Shown here in pieces: positions 27,834 through 37,860 of a DNA stretch of 64,000 nt (position 1 is the first letter of the stretch; each line of letters begins with the position of its first letter). Location of the stretch: assembly GCA_904378095.1 (NCBI GenBank), contig CAJFHE010000005.1, positions 9,675 through 73,674 on the forward strand, given 5' to 3'. Position numbers and translations under genes: made by a program. Under the pieces are notes generated by a model, which had not been told where the DNA came from, made no database searches, and worked only from the letters and a program-made list of their open reading frames with translations. The stretch comes from an uncultured Clostridia bacterium (GTDB lineage: Bacteria; Bacillota; Clostridia; TANB77; CAG-508).

Positions 27834-29306
27834 TTAGTTGCCACAAAAATATAATACGTCTCCCTCAATCACAGCTTGCTCTAGTGAAAACTCTTGCCAC
27901 TCTTTCCCAGCAAAAAACTCTTGATATTGCTCAGATGTTATTGGTGCATATTTCAGATGTCTTCCAACATAATATGCAATAGTTTCTCTTGCTGCCCAGG
28001 AGCTTAAAGCATTTTCTGTTATATCCCCAGCATGAATGAACCCTTTATAATATTTGCTTCCATTTGCTCTATGAATGCCTGCTATTTTTGTGATATTCAT
28101 CCCGGTTTCTTGCTCATACTCTTCTATAAGTTCTTTTATTTTCTCACAATTTTCTTTATCTATTTTATTAACTTCTAAATGCTGATATGTAAGTACCACA
28201 TAAACTGCAAAATTAAGAATAAATATTATAATAGTCATAATTGAAATTATTACTACTTGGTAATTTTTCTGATTTTTATTTGTTATGAGCAGAGCGACAA
28301 ATAAAGAAATACCTATTGTACTTCCATAAGCAATACACATTCTAGATGTTAGCTCTAATCCTGAGCCTACTACTATAGGTGCAATACAAATCACAATCGA
28401 TGCAAGTATTACTAGTAAATACTTTAATGTATATAATATTTTCTCTTTTATATCTGTTTTCTTAAAAGTCATTATAAATAAGCATGTTAAAATTATAATT
28501 GCAATATTTATATAAGGTAATATCACTCCTAAAGAATTCACAATTAACTCTTTTAGCCAATATATAATATTTGTACTGCTAATTTGAGCAGCATCCATTC
28601 TTATTCTTGAGCCACCCATTATTATTTCTGCAAATAAAATTGTTAAAAGCATCGCTATTCCATATATTACAGTAGTTTTTACTAAATGAGCAAAATTCTT
28701 TTTGACACTGTTTTTCTGGAATAACAACTCATAAGTAAATACTATCATAGGAAATATTGCAATCGAGCCTTGATAACAAAAAGCTGCGATTACAATAATA
28801 ATAAATGCTTTGATATATTTATATTTTTCGTCATCTATAACGATTTTAGCAGCTAGTATGCTAAGTAGCACCCCAAAAGCTAATATACAACATTCTAAAA
28901 AGTATATATACTCAATGGCTAAATAGTTATATACTGTAAGATATGAAATTATAATAATTAAAATGTCAGTCCATTTTGAATTACTTTCATATTCTTTTCT
29001 AAATATTTTATATATCAACACCACTGACATTGACAAAAATACCAATGCAAGTATTAATGAAATTATCATGTAACCTTCAATAGATAAATTGATTTTGTCA
29101 GCTAGCAAAGTCAGTATAGCAGTAAACGGTCTGGACTCCTTTAAGAATTTATCATATGAGTAATACTCATACCCATCATAAATTATTCTGTATGTATCAT
29201 GTGTATAATGTGGTCTTAAAAATGCTGAGCACATTATCAAAGCTACAACAAATACTATTAAAAATATTGCAATTTCTTTCTTATGTTCCTTTAATTTTTT
29301 CATCAT
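27834..29306 (-). CDS. Polytopic membrane protein, possibly a GtrII-like glucosyltransferase-domain protein
   Basis: 490 aa with more than 10 TM segments and a C-terminal soluble domain. The N-terminal region loosely resembles Glucos_trans_II proteins. The assignment is weak. Confidence 0.35.
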   Translation of the reverse strand: MMKKLKEHKKEIAIFLIVFVVALIMCSAFLRPHYTHDTYRIIYDGYEYYSYDKFLKESRPFTAILTLLADKINLSIEGYMIISLILALVFLSMSVVLIYKIFRKEYESNSKWTDILIIIISYLTVYNYLAIEYIYFLECCILAFGVLLSILAAKIVIDDEKYKYIKAFIIIVIAAFCYQGSIAIFPMIVFTYELLFQKNSVKKNFAHLVKTTVIYGIAMLLTILFAEIIMGGSRIRMDAAQISSTNIIYWLKELIVNSLGVILPYINIAIIILTCLFIMTFKKTDIKEKILYTLKYLLVILASIVICIAPIVVGSGLELTSRMCIAYGSTIGISLFVALLITNKNQKNYQVVIISIMTIIIFILNFAVYVVLTYQHLEVNKIDKENCEKIKELIEEYEQETGMNITKIAGIHRANGSKYYKGFIHAGDITENALSSWAARETIAYYVGRHLKYAPITSEQYQEFFAGKEWQEFSLEQAVIEGDVLYFCGN

Positions 29307-29375
29307 TAATTACACCTTTTTTTGCTATTTTATTGTTGCAAAAGAATTAAATTTTGGCTAGGAAAACAATTCTTT

Positions 29376-31079
29376 TTACATTCTTTCTGGCATTTGTATT
29401 CCAAGTAGACTTGCTCCTCTTTTTAATACTAAATTAACACAATAAGTTAAATACACACGTGCGGCTTGTACACTAGTTTCTTCATTTATTATTTTATTTT
29501 CATTATAGAAAGAGCTAAACAATTGTGCTAAATTTATTAAATATCTAGCAATTATATATGGCTCATTCTTATCTGCTGCTTGCTTTATAGCATCTCCAAA
29601 TGAATATAATGTTTTTGTTAAATTGATTGATGCATCATCATTTAGTATATTAATATCAATATCTGAAAGTTGTGGAATATCGCCAACTTTTGATAAAATA
29701 CTATTAGTTCTAACATATGTGTATTGTAAATAAGGTCCCGTTTCTCCATTAAAATTAAGCATTGTATCCCAATCAAATATCTCATCTTTAATTCTACTGT
29801 TGTATAAATCATTAAATATAACTGCACCAATGCCTACCTTTTTTGCCACATCTTCTTTTTCTTCTAAATTTGGATTTTTTTCTTCAATAATTTTACTAAC
29901 TCTTTCTATAGCCTCATTAAGTAAGTCCTCTAATTTTATAATTGTTCCTTCTCTTGTAGACATTTTACCTGTTTTTAATAAAACCATACCAAAAGGTACA
30001 TGTGTCAAATTATCTGTATATTTCTTATCTATTCCCAATAATTTAGCAACTTCAAATACTTGCTTAAAGTGCAATATTTGCTCATAAGAAGTTACATATA
30101 TAGCTTTGTCAAAATCATAAGTCCTTGCCCTATAAAGAATTGCAGCCAAATCACGTGTAGCATATGTTGTAGAACCATTAGTTTTTTCTATAATACATGG
30201 TGGCATATCTTTATCATCTAAATTAATAACTCTAGCGCCCTCGGACTCTACTAGCTTTCCGCTCTTTTCCAAAATATCGATTACCTCTCCCATCTTATCT
30301 GAATAAAAAGCTTCTCCATTTAATGAATCAAAATGAACATCTAGTAAGTCGTAGACTTTTTGGAATTCTTCTAAACTTAAATCTCTAAATTTCTGCCAAA
30401 TCTCTGTACAATATTCGTCTCCATCTTCTAATTTTTTAAAATTGTTTCTGCACTCTTCTAATACACTCTCATCTTCTTTACAAAGGTTATTTATCCTAAT
30501 ATAAATCTTTGTCAACTCATCAATTGGGTTTTCCTCTATATTATACTCTTCTCCCCATCTTTTATATCCTTCTATAAGCTTGCCGAACTGTGTGCCATAA
30601 TCACCCAAATGGTTGATTCCTGTCGTATTGTAGCCCAAGAATTTATAAATTTTGTATAAAGCATTTCCAATTACAGTTGAGCGCAAATGGCCTATATGAA
30701 AAGGCTTAGCAATATTAGGAGATGAATAGTCTATTACGACATTTTTCCCTTCTCCTATATTACTGCTACCATAATCTTCTTTTTTATTATCAATCTCTTC
30801 AAAGACAGTATTTATAACAGACAATGGATTAACATAAAAGTTAAGATACCCATTTACTACATCTACTTTAGAAATTAATTCTTCATTAATTTCTAATTTT
30901 TCCTTTATCTCATTAGCTATCATTTGTGGTGCCTTTTTCATTTCTTTTGCTAGCTTAAAACATGGAAGTGAGTAATCTCCCATCTCTTTATTTGTAGGTA
31001 CTTCTATATATTCTTCTATTGTGTCGATATTTGTTACTTTTTTTAGCTCATCTGCTATTATTTTTTTAAAGTCTAACAT
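29376..31079 (-). CDS. argS: Arginine--tRNA ligase
   Basis: 567 aa with the HIGH-type motif SSPNIAKPFHIGHLRS and a DALR-type C-terminus ending ..MPERM. Confidence 0.93.
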   Translation of the reverse strand: MLDFKKIIADELKKVTNIDTIEEYIEVPTNKEMGDYSLPCFKLAKEMKKAPQMIANEIKEKLEINEELISKVDVVNGYLNFYVNPLSVINTVFEEIDNKKEDYGSSNIGEGKNVVIDYSSPNIAKPFHIGHLRSTVIGNALYKIYKFLGYNTTGINHLGDYGTQFGKLIEGYKRWGEEYNIEENPIDELTKIYIRINNLCKEDESVLEECRNNFKKLEDGDEYCTEIWQKFRDLSLEEFQKVYDLLDVHFDSLNGEAFYSDKMGEVIDILEKSGKLVESEGARVINLDDKDMPPCIIEKTNGSTTYATRDLAAILYRARTYDFDKAIYVTSYEQILHFKQVFEVAKLLGIDKKYTDNLTHVPFGMVLLKTGKMSTREGTIIKLEDLLNEAIERVSKIIEEKNPNLEEKEDVAKKVGIGAVIFNDLYNSRIKDEIFDWDTMLNFNGETGPYLQYTYVRTNSILSKVGDIPQLSDIDINILNDDASINLTKTLYSFGDAIKQAADKNEPYIIARYLINLAQLFSSFYNENKIINEETSVQAARVYLTYCVNLVLKRGASLLGIQMPERM

Positions 31080-31096
31080 GTTATCTCCCTTCTTTG

Positions 31097-32239
31097 CTAA
31101 TCACCTAAATTTATACCAATTGCCCTAGCCGTCTTCACCAACTCATCATCCATTGTTACTTTTCTTAAATTACTTTCTGGTGTATTTCCTGAAACAGCAC
31201 CAACTTTTTTATTATTTCCTACTACATCTTCTAAAGGTACGCTATTTAATTTACCGTCCTTTATAACAGTAAGTACATTAAATTTTCCCTCTAAAGCAAG
31301 CTCCATCGCTTTCGAGCCATATTTAGTAGAAAGTACTCTATCAAATGCTGTTGGTGTTCCTCCTCTTTGCATATATCCTAAAACTGTACATCTTGCTTCT
31401 AATCCAGTTAACTCTTCTAATTGTTTTGCTACTTGCTCTCCTATGCCTCCAAGTTTTGTGTTATCTACTCCAGCGCCATTATCTCTAACTCCTTTTACTA
31501 CAATATCTCCACCTTTTGGTTTTGCGCCTTCTGCGACAACTACGATGCTGAAAGATTTTCCTCTATTTTTTCTATTTATAATTTTTTGTGCAGCACTGTT
31601 TATATCAAAAGGAATTTCTGGAATTAATGCAACATCTGCACCTCCAGAAATTGCAGACTCTAAAGCAATCCATCCTGCATATCTTCCCATTACTTCTAGC
31701 ACCATAATTCTATGATGTGTTGCTGCAGTTGTATGCAATCTGTCTATGGCTTCTGTTGCAACAGCTACTGCTGTATTGTATCCAAAAGTAATTTCTGTAC
31801 ATGCTACATCATTGTCTATCGTTTTAGGCACACCAATTACATTTATTCCTTTTAATGATAAATCTCTTGCTGATTTCTGCGTTCCATCTCCTCCTAATGT
31901 AAACAGACAATCTATTTCATCTTTTTTAATATTTTCTACGCATATGTCAGATAAATCCTTATATACTGTTTGTCCATTTTCTTCTACTGGATAATTAAAT
32001 ACATTGGCATTTGTTGATGAGCCTATTATTGAGCCACCTTTTGGCAATATGCCTACTGCATTTCCTGTAGAGCTTGTACCCAATCTTATAATATCATTTT
32101 TTAATAATCCATTATATCCATCTATAAATCCATAACATTCTATATTTTTATTTTCTGCAGTTTTGATTATTGCTCTAATAACTGCATTAAAACCTGAAAC
32201 GTCTCCTCCATTTGCTAAAATAGCTACTTTTTTTAACAT
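31097..32239 (-). CDS. pfkA: 6-phosphofructokinase (long PfkA-family form; phosphoryl donor not determinable here)
   Basis: 380 aa with TLGGDGTQ, PKTIDNDV and VMGRYAGW motifs. Confidence 0.85.
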   Translation of the reverse strand: MLKKVAILANGGDVSGFNAVIRAIIKTAENKNIECYGFIDGYNGLLKNDIIRLGTSSTGNAVGILPKGGSIIGSSTNANVFNYPVEENGQTVYKDLSDICVENIKKDEIDCLFTLGGDGTQKSARDLSLKGINVIGVPKTIDNDVACTEITFGYNTAVAVATEAIDRLHTTAATHHRIMVLEVMGRYAGWIALESAISGGADVALIPEIPFDINSAAQKIINRKNRGKSFSIVVVAEGAKPKGGDIVVKGVRDNGAGVDNTKLGGIGEQVAKQLEELTGLEARCTVLGYMQRGGTPTAFDRVLSTKYGSKAMELALEGKFNVLTVIKDGKLNSVPLEDVVGNNKKVGAVSGNTPESNLRKVTMDDELVKTARAIGINLGD

Positions 32240-32295
32240 TTATAAATAGCTCCTTTCTTTTTCATAATTTTACTTATACTATTATACCAATAAAT

Positions 32296-32328
32296 AAAAA
32301 AATTACAACAAAAATGTTGTAATTTTTT
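32296..32328 (-). terminator. Intrinsic terminator of the spoIIIA operon
   Basis: Stem ATTACAAC/GTTGTAAT flanked by A and T runs. It overlaps the spoIIIAH stop codon. Confidence 0.7.
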
Positions 32329-33016
32329 AGGTTTTATTCATAATATGTATATTCTCTATCTTGGCTCCAAGCTCTCTAGTAACTATGTTTTGTATTTGTG
32401 CAATCTCTTCCTCTTTTAAATCTTCACCTTTTACAATAACATTAATACTTTCTCCATTTACAAATATAACTAAATCTTCAATGCCTTTTGTCTTTATTAT
32501 ATTTTCCGCTATCATAATTGCGTTTTGCTCTTCATTTAGTTTTGTTATCTCTTCTTGTGCTGTTTTCTTTTGAGTTTCGCTTACATTTGTATTATTTAAA
32601 ATATCTTGATAATTTTCAATTCTTTGAGAATACATTGTATTTCTCTCTAATCTTGAATTTGTGAAGTATTCATTTGTGCTTATATTGGCATTAGTTTCTT
32701 GAGTTTCAGAATTATTATCATCAATATTGTTTCCTTCAATTTCATTACTTACTTCTGTACTCACCTCATTTGCTATTTCGTTTGTAGCAATGTCTGTCTG
32801 GGCACTTTCAATATTGGCTTCTACGACATTGCCCTCTGCTATATTTGCGCTAACTAGTTTAGCATCACCAATGCTAGCCATTTCCTCAGAATCAGCTAAA
32901 GCACTTGCTTCTAACATGTTATTATTGTTATTATTTGTAAAATTTAAATATCCTGCAGCTATAATCATAAGTCCAATCACAAAAACTATAATTTGATTTT
33001 TCTTAAAAGTTTTCAT
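32327..33016 (-). CDS. spoIIIAH: Stage III sporulation protein AH
   Basis: Last gene of the spoIIIA cluster. It has the N-terminal anchor MKTFKKNQIIVFVIGLMIIAAGYLNF and a YscJ/FliF-like C-terminal region. Confidence 0.8.
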   Translation of the reverse strand: MKTFKKNQIIVFVIGLMIIAAGYLNFTNNNNNNMLEASALADSEEMASIGDAKLVSANIAEGNVVEANIESAQTDIATNEIANEVSTEVSNEIEGNNIDDNNSETQETNANISTNEYFTNSRLERNTMYSQRIENYQDILNNTNVSETQKKTAQEEITKLNEEQNAIMIAENIIKTKGIEDLVIFVNGESINVIVKGEDLKEEEIAQIQNIVTRELGAKIENIHIMNKT

Positions 33017-33070
33017 TTTCTTTCATTCCCCCTCATAAAATTTTATGCCTGTCCCTGTTTGTTATTTTTT

Positions 33071-33715
33071 CTAATTTGCGCCTGTTCCTAGTTGGAATAC
33101 CTGTATCTTGTGTGCTGCAAGACCTGTTACAGCTTCTACTGCGAGTATTATATTTTCTTTTACAGTTGCATCTGCTGCTCCCTCGGCTGTTATAATAGCT
33201 CCTTCTATCTTAGGGCTTATTACACTTTGAGTTATTAATGTCTTACTTCCGTCGCTCTCTTCATATATTACTTCTTTTCTAGTATCTGTCTGAGTTACTT
33301 TTCTTGTTCCACCTTCACTATCTGTTTCTTCTGTGTTTTCTTCGGATGTTTCTTCATTGTACACAGGCACAGTTCTACTTGTTTCTGAATATGTAATCAT
33401 AACTTTTACATTACCTACACCAGATATGTTAGATAATATGGTTTCAAGATTTGTTGTTAATTCATCCTTTGTGTCTACCACTGAATTATTACTTTCAGCA
33501 GTATTCTGCACAGTTTCGGCTAACTTTTTATTTGAGTCAGTTGTTTGCTTGTTATTGCTTTCTTCATCCCCATTCCAAATTACATTTATTACAATTATAG
33601 TAATAACTAATATCAATATAAAAACTACAATATTTTCTATTTTCTTCTTATTGGGCTCATCATCATTTTTGCCTAAAATGCTCTTAACTTTATCTTTAAA
33701 CATACTAACCTCCAT
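33071..33715 (-). CDS. spoIIIAG: Stage III sporulation protein AG
   Basis: Assigned by position in the operon, a single N-terminal TM helix, and the C-terminal ..KIEGAIITAEGA... region. Confidence 0.75.
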   Translation of the reverse strand: MEVSMFKDKVKSILGKNDDEPNKKKIENIVVFILILVITIIVINVIWNGDEESNNKQTTDSNKKLAETVQNTAESNNSVVDTKDELTTNLETILSNISGVGNVKVMITYSETSRTVPVYNEETSEENTEETDSEGGTRKVTQTDTRKEVIYEESDGSKTLITQSVISPKIEGAIITAEGAADATVKENIILAVEAVTGLAAHKIQVFQLGTGAN

Positions 33716-33716
33716 T

Positions 33717-34370
33717 TTAATTTATAATTATGTTATTCTTATTTACCTCATACACACTACTAAGGTACTCCTTTAATTCCTTCTTTTCACTATTTGATAG
33801 GCTGTCTTCATTTGAGTCTTTATTCGAATTTGTGCTATCACCCGCAATACTTATCTCTACTTTATTAACATTTTCAATCGGCTCTACTTTATTCGTACTA
33901 TCCGCTTCTCCCATATTCTCCTCATTCTCCACCATTTCATTTCCATCTACTTTTTCCTCTTTCTCAACATCTATAGTTATATCTGTTATACTATAGCTTT
34001 CATCATTAGCAATTCCTATATCTATACTATTTACCATATACCCTTTTGCTTCTATCTTAGCCTTTAAATCTTCTTGTATTCCAGAAGAATACACTTCCAT
34101 AATTTGATTATTGCTTTGTATATTATTTTGAATTGCAACATCTTCCGCTTCTTCTACATATTTATCCAAATCTAATATATCTGACACCTCTATTGTTTCT
34201 CCTGTGAATTTTGTGATTACCGGTGATACTATAGTAAACAAAACATAAATACCTATAACAACTTTAATATATTTTTTAGAATTTCCTGATGGAAGTATCA
34301 TTTCTATAACTGTACCTATAATAACAGCAACAACAATTCCACCTGCCCAATTACTTATCCACTCTATCAT
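33717..34370 (-). CDS. spoIIIAF: Stage III sporulation protein AF
   Basis: Assigned by position in the operon and the N-terminus MIEWISNWAGGIVVAVIIGTVIEMILP, typical of SpoIIIAF. Confidence 0.75.
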   Translation of the reverse strand: MIEWISNWAGGIVVAVIIGTVIEMILPSGNSKKYIKVVIGIYVLFTIVSPVITKFTGETIEVSDILDLDKYVEEAEDVAIQNNIQSNNQIMEVYSSGIQEDLKAKIEAKGYMVNSIDIGIANDESYSITDITIDVEKEEKVDGNEMVENEENMGEADSTNKVEPIENVNKVEISIAGDSTNSNKDSNEDSLSNSEKKELKEYLSSVYEVNKNNIIIN

Positions 34371-34381
34371 TACCTCCCTCC

Positions 34382-35537
34382 TTATCCATACATCATTCCA
34401 CTATTAGATATTTTAATAACTAAAGTAGTACCGATAATAAACATTACAGATACACTACACATTATAGCTAGAAGTGTTTTAAATGTATCACCCATCTGCT
34501 CTAACAATTTAATAATCTTCTCATCTGCGATTGGCTGGCACAAGGCCGCACCTAAATAATATATTGCCATCAACACAACTAACTTTATAACTGGTACTAT
34601 AGCTATACCTATTAAAATAATTACACCAACTATTCCAGTTGCATTTTTTAGTATTGAGCTACACCCTATAACTGTATCTACTGCATCCCCCAATATTTTA
34701 CCAACAACAGGAATAAAACTTGAAACCGCTGCCTTTGCTGTTTTTGCTGTAACACCATCCACACTGCTACTTAGTGTCCCTTCTATTGATACTACTCCTA
34801 CAAAAATAGTAAGTATTACTCCTAGCACCCAAACAACACTTGTTTTAAAGAATTTCGATAATTTATCTACCTGTACTCTATCTGATATTTTAGAAATTAC
34901 TCCAAGTGCAGTTGATATTAGTACAAAAGGAATTATTACACCTGTTATAAAATTTCCTATAAAAGTTATTAAGAATAGTATTATAGGTTGAACAACGTTT
35001 GCCGAAACAATACTACCTGTTGAAATCATAAGTGTTATTAGCACTGGAATTAATGAATTCATAAATCCAACTAAGCTTTGTATAGATTCTTTTACTATGT
35101 CTAATATTTGTACAAAGTTTGTCATGATTAGAGTTACAATAAGAATATATTGTGCATAATATATAATTTGAGTAATTCCTTTATTCTCTAATCCATCACT
35201 TAAACTTTTTAATATACTATGTATAACAATAATTACCAATATGCTCGCTAAAACTGTGATACTGTCAAATACTTCTCCACCGAAGAGCCTTTAATATACT
35301 TTTGAAAATTGTTTCATTATCTATATTTCCAGTTATAGATGAAGAGAATAACTCTCCCATATCAATATCTTCATATACGTCCCCTGTATATTTATCTGCC
35401 TCCTCTATAAAAGAATTAATACCTAGACTTTCCTGTTGAGATTCAATTATATCCTCCTGACTTAAAGTATTTTCTGTTGCTTGTACATTATTAGGTAGTA
35501 TTAATATGAATAAGAGAATTAATATAACTTTTTTCAT
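34382..35537 (-). pseudogene. spoIIIAE: Stage III sporulation protein AE, split by a frameshift
   Basis: The signal-peptide part (90 aa, 35265-35537) ends ..FKSILKALRWRSI*. The polytopic part continues in another frame as (L)FGGEVFDSITVLASILVIIVIHSILKSL.., open from about 35290. Together they give about 385 aa, the normal SpoIIIAE size. Confidence 0.75.
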
Positions 35538-35556
35538 ATGATTACCTTTCCTATCT

Positions 35557-35943
35557 CTACGGTAATATCTCTACCACTGTTTCTAATAAGCTAGAGATAA
35601 TTGGTATGGACATAGATACAATAATAACCTTGCCTCCCATATCTATTTTGCTTGCTATAGCACTCTCTCCTGTGTCTTTACATAGGCTTACTGCAAACTC
35701 AGTTAAGAATGCAATTCCTGTAATCTTTATTAATAAAACTAAGAACTCATTGTTAATAGCTGTTTTGCTCGATAAGGTTGTTAGTAAATCTATAATTCCT
35801 TCTAACTTGTCCATTATAAATAGTAAAATTAGAGCACCAGCAAGTAAGGAAACGTATAGTGTAAATTCTGGTTTATATTGGCGTACTATTATTATGATAA
35901 TTAATGATATTAACCCAATACCAATTACTTTTACAATGTCCAT
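35557..35943 (-). CDS. spoIIIAD: Stage III sporulation protein AD
   Basis: 128-aa 4-TM protein in the expected operon position. Confidence 0.8.
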   Translation of the reverse strand: MDIVKVIGIGLISLIIIIIVRQYKPEFTLYVSLLAGALILLFIMDKLEGIIDLLTTLSSKTAINNEFLVLLIKITGIAFLTEFAVSLCKDTGESAIASKIDMGGKVIIVSMSIPIISSLLETVVEILP

Positions 35944-35970
35944 ACGTAATCAATTCCTTTCTTTTGCACA

Positions 35971-36165
35971 TCACAACCCAAACATTGTTCTTACTGTATC
36001 AAATAAAGTACTTATTTCTTTAATAACTAATGTAAGAACAATTACCAATCCTGCTAAAGTTGTCATCATTGCTTGGTCTTCTCTTCCTGCTCTTACAAGC
36101 ACTTGATGTAAGACCGCTACCAAAATACCAATTGCTGCAATCTTAAATAATAAATCTATATCCAT
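35971..36165 (-). CDS. spoIIIAC: Stage III sporulation protein AC
   Basis: 64-aa 2-TM protein in the expected operon position. Confidence 0.8.
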   Translation of the reverse strand: MDIDLLFKIAAIGILVAVLHQVLVRAGREDQAMMTTLAGLVIVLTLVIKEISTLFDTVRTMFGL

Positions 36166-36180
36166 ATGTTTACTTTCCTC

Positions 36181-36690
36181 TCAAACTAAAATAATTACAA
36201 TTGCTAATCCAACCACTCCGCCAAGTGTTCTATATAGCTTTTCATTTTTTTGTTTTTCCTTTTCTGCTACCTCAATTTGTGTATTTAGAAAATCTTGTAC
36301 TAATTTTATTTCGCTTACTTGTCCTTCCAAATCTGTTTTACCAAGCATTCTCCCTAAGTTTTTAATAATACCTTTATCTTCTTCTGTTAGGCTTGTCTCT
36401 ATTGCATCTACCGTTTCTTCCCATGCTTCTCCTGCAGACTTTTCTTTCATTAATTCAGACGCTGTCCTAAATATTTTACCGGTGTTTCCATTTATGTTAT
36501 TCCCTATTTCACTAAAGCTTTCAGGTACAGATTCATATGTGAATTTTATTTTTGTTAAAAACATGTTTAATGCGTTTTTCATTTCTTTTAATTCTGTAAC
36601 TCTGTTTGAAAACTTTTTTGCAATAATTTTCCCAGCTTGCAAACTTCCAAGAAAAATCATTAATAATATAAAAACCTTTACAAAAAACAC
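36181..36690 (-). CDS. spoIIIAB: Stage III sporulation protein AB
   Basis: 169 aa with a GTG start after AGGGGGA, and N- and C-terminal TM helices, in the expected operon position. Confidence 0.75.
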   Translation of the reverse strand: MFFVKVFILLMIFLGSLQAGKIIAKKFSNRVTELKEMKNALNMFLTKIKFTYESVPESFSEIGNNINGNTGKIFRTASELMKEKSAGEAWEETVDAIETSLTEEDKGIIKNLGRMLGKTDLEGQVSEIKLVQDFLNTQIEVAEKEKQKNEKLYRTLGGVVGLAIVIILV

Positions 36691-36723
36691 CTTTACATTC
36701 CCCCTATCTTTTGTAGTTCCACG

Positions 36724-36776
36724 TGGTAAACATATTTTTTATTCGAATACATGGAGAATACAAAATATGTTTACCA
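36724..36776. repeat. Perfect 15-bp inverted repeat between spoIIIAA and spoIIIAB
   Basis: TGGTAAACATATTTT-23 nt-AAAATATGTTTACCA, with no U run after it on the minus strand. Confidence 0.8.
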
Positions 36777-36803
36777 GCAAGATGGAACGGATTTTAAATA
36801 TAT

Positions 36804-37691
36804 TCACTTACTAAAAATAAGTTTCACATTTCTTTTTTCTTCAATTAGAATTATTCTTTCTAAAATGCCTAGATTGTATAATTTACTTAAGATTGGATTT
36901 AAAGTAATATTTTCTAAACTATCTCCATGTGCTGTAAATATTCCCTTTACTCCTGATGTAACTGCATAGTTTATTGCTTCGATATCTTCCTTTGTACCAA
37001 TCTCATCTGCGACAATCACTTTTGGACTCATTGAGCGCACTAACATTTTCATGCCGATATCTTTTGAGACATTATCCAAAATATCTGCTCTCTCCCCTAA
37101 GTCGTTTTGTGGAATACCTTTATACATTGCTGCAATTTCTCCTCTTTCATCCACTACTCCTACAGTTATCCCATGAAATCCGTAATTAGGTAGTCCATTA
37201 CTTATACTCCTTATGCTATCTCTAAGCAGTGTAGTCTTTCCTCTGCCAGGTGGAGATATAATAACTGTGTTATAAACATTATTCTCTTTTAAATTTAATA
37301 TGTACGGCATTATTCCATTGCTGCAGCCAATCACTTGCCTTGCAATTCTAAAGTTTAGGCTATATATGTGCGATATGTTTATGACTTGTCCATCTTTTAT
37401 TACTACATTTCCAGTAATACCTACCCTATGGCCTCCTCTAATTGTTATGTATCCGTTGCAAATTTGACTTTGATATGTATAAATTGAATTATCACAAATG
37501 CGTTGCAGTATTTCTAGTATTTCGTTAGTATTTATAATATAATCTACCTTAATTTCTTCTTGTCCAATTTTTAGCAATATGTTTCTATTGCTTCTCACTC
37601 GTATTTCTTCTAAGTCATCTAAATTATATTCAAGTATTCTGTTTTTTATGTCATATAGAAAATACTCTAGAACATCTTTTGTACTATTCAT
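36804..37691 (-). CDS. spoIIIAA: Stage III sporulation protein AA (ATPase)
   Basis: Walker A PPGRGKTTLLRD and Walker B VIVADEIG. Start taken at the ATG at 37691 (GGGAGA RBS) rather than the track's TTG at 37724. Confidence 0.85.
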   Translation of the reverse strand: MNSTKDVLEYFLYDIKNRILEYNLDDLEEIRVRSNRNILLKIGQEEIKVDYIINTNEILEILQRICDNSIYTYQSQICNGYITIRGGHRVGITGNVVIKDGQVINISHIYSLNFRIARQVIGCSNGIMPYILNLKENNVYNTVIISPPGRGKTTLLRDSIRSISNGLPNYGFHGITVGVVDERGEIAAMYKGIPQNDLGERADILDNVSKDIGMKMLVRSMSPKVIVADEIGTKEDIEAINYAVTSGVKGIFTAHGDSLENITLNPILSKLYNLGILERIILIEEKRNVKLIFSK

Positions 37692-37860
37692 TTTTTTGAT
37701 TTCTCCCATAAAAAAATACAACATATATATTAAATATATATGCTGTATTTTTTAATTTTAGAACTATTTTTTCAAATTTTTATTGAGCTAATAAATCATT
37801 TACATAAGTCTCTATATCCGTTAGAGATTGCTCTGTTTCTATTGCATCTTGCTCATAAGC

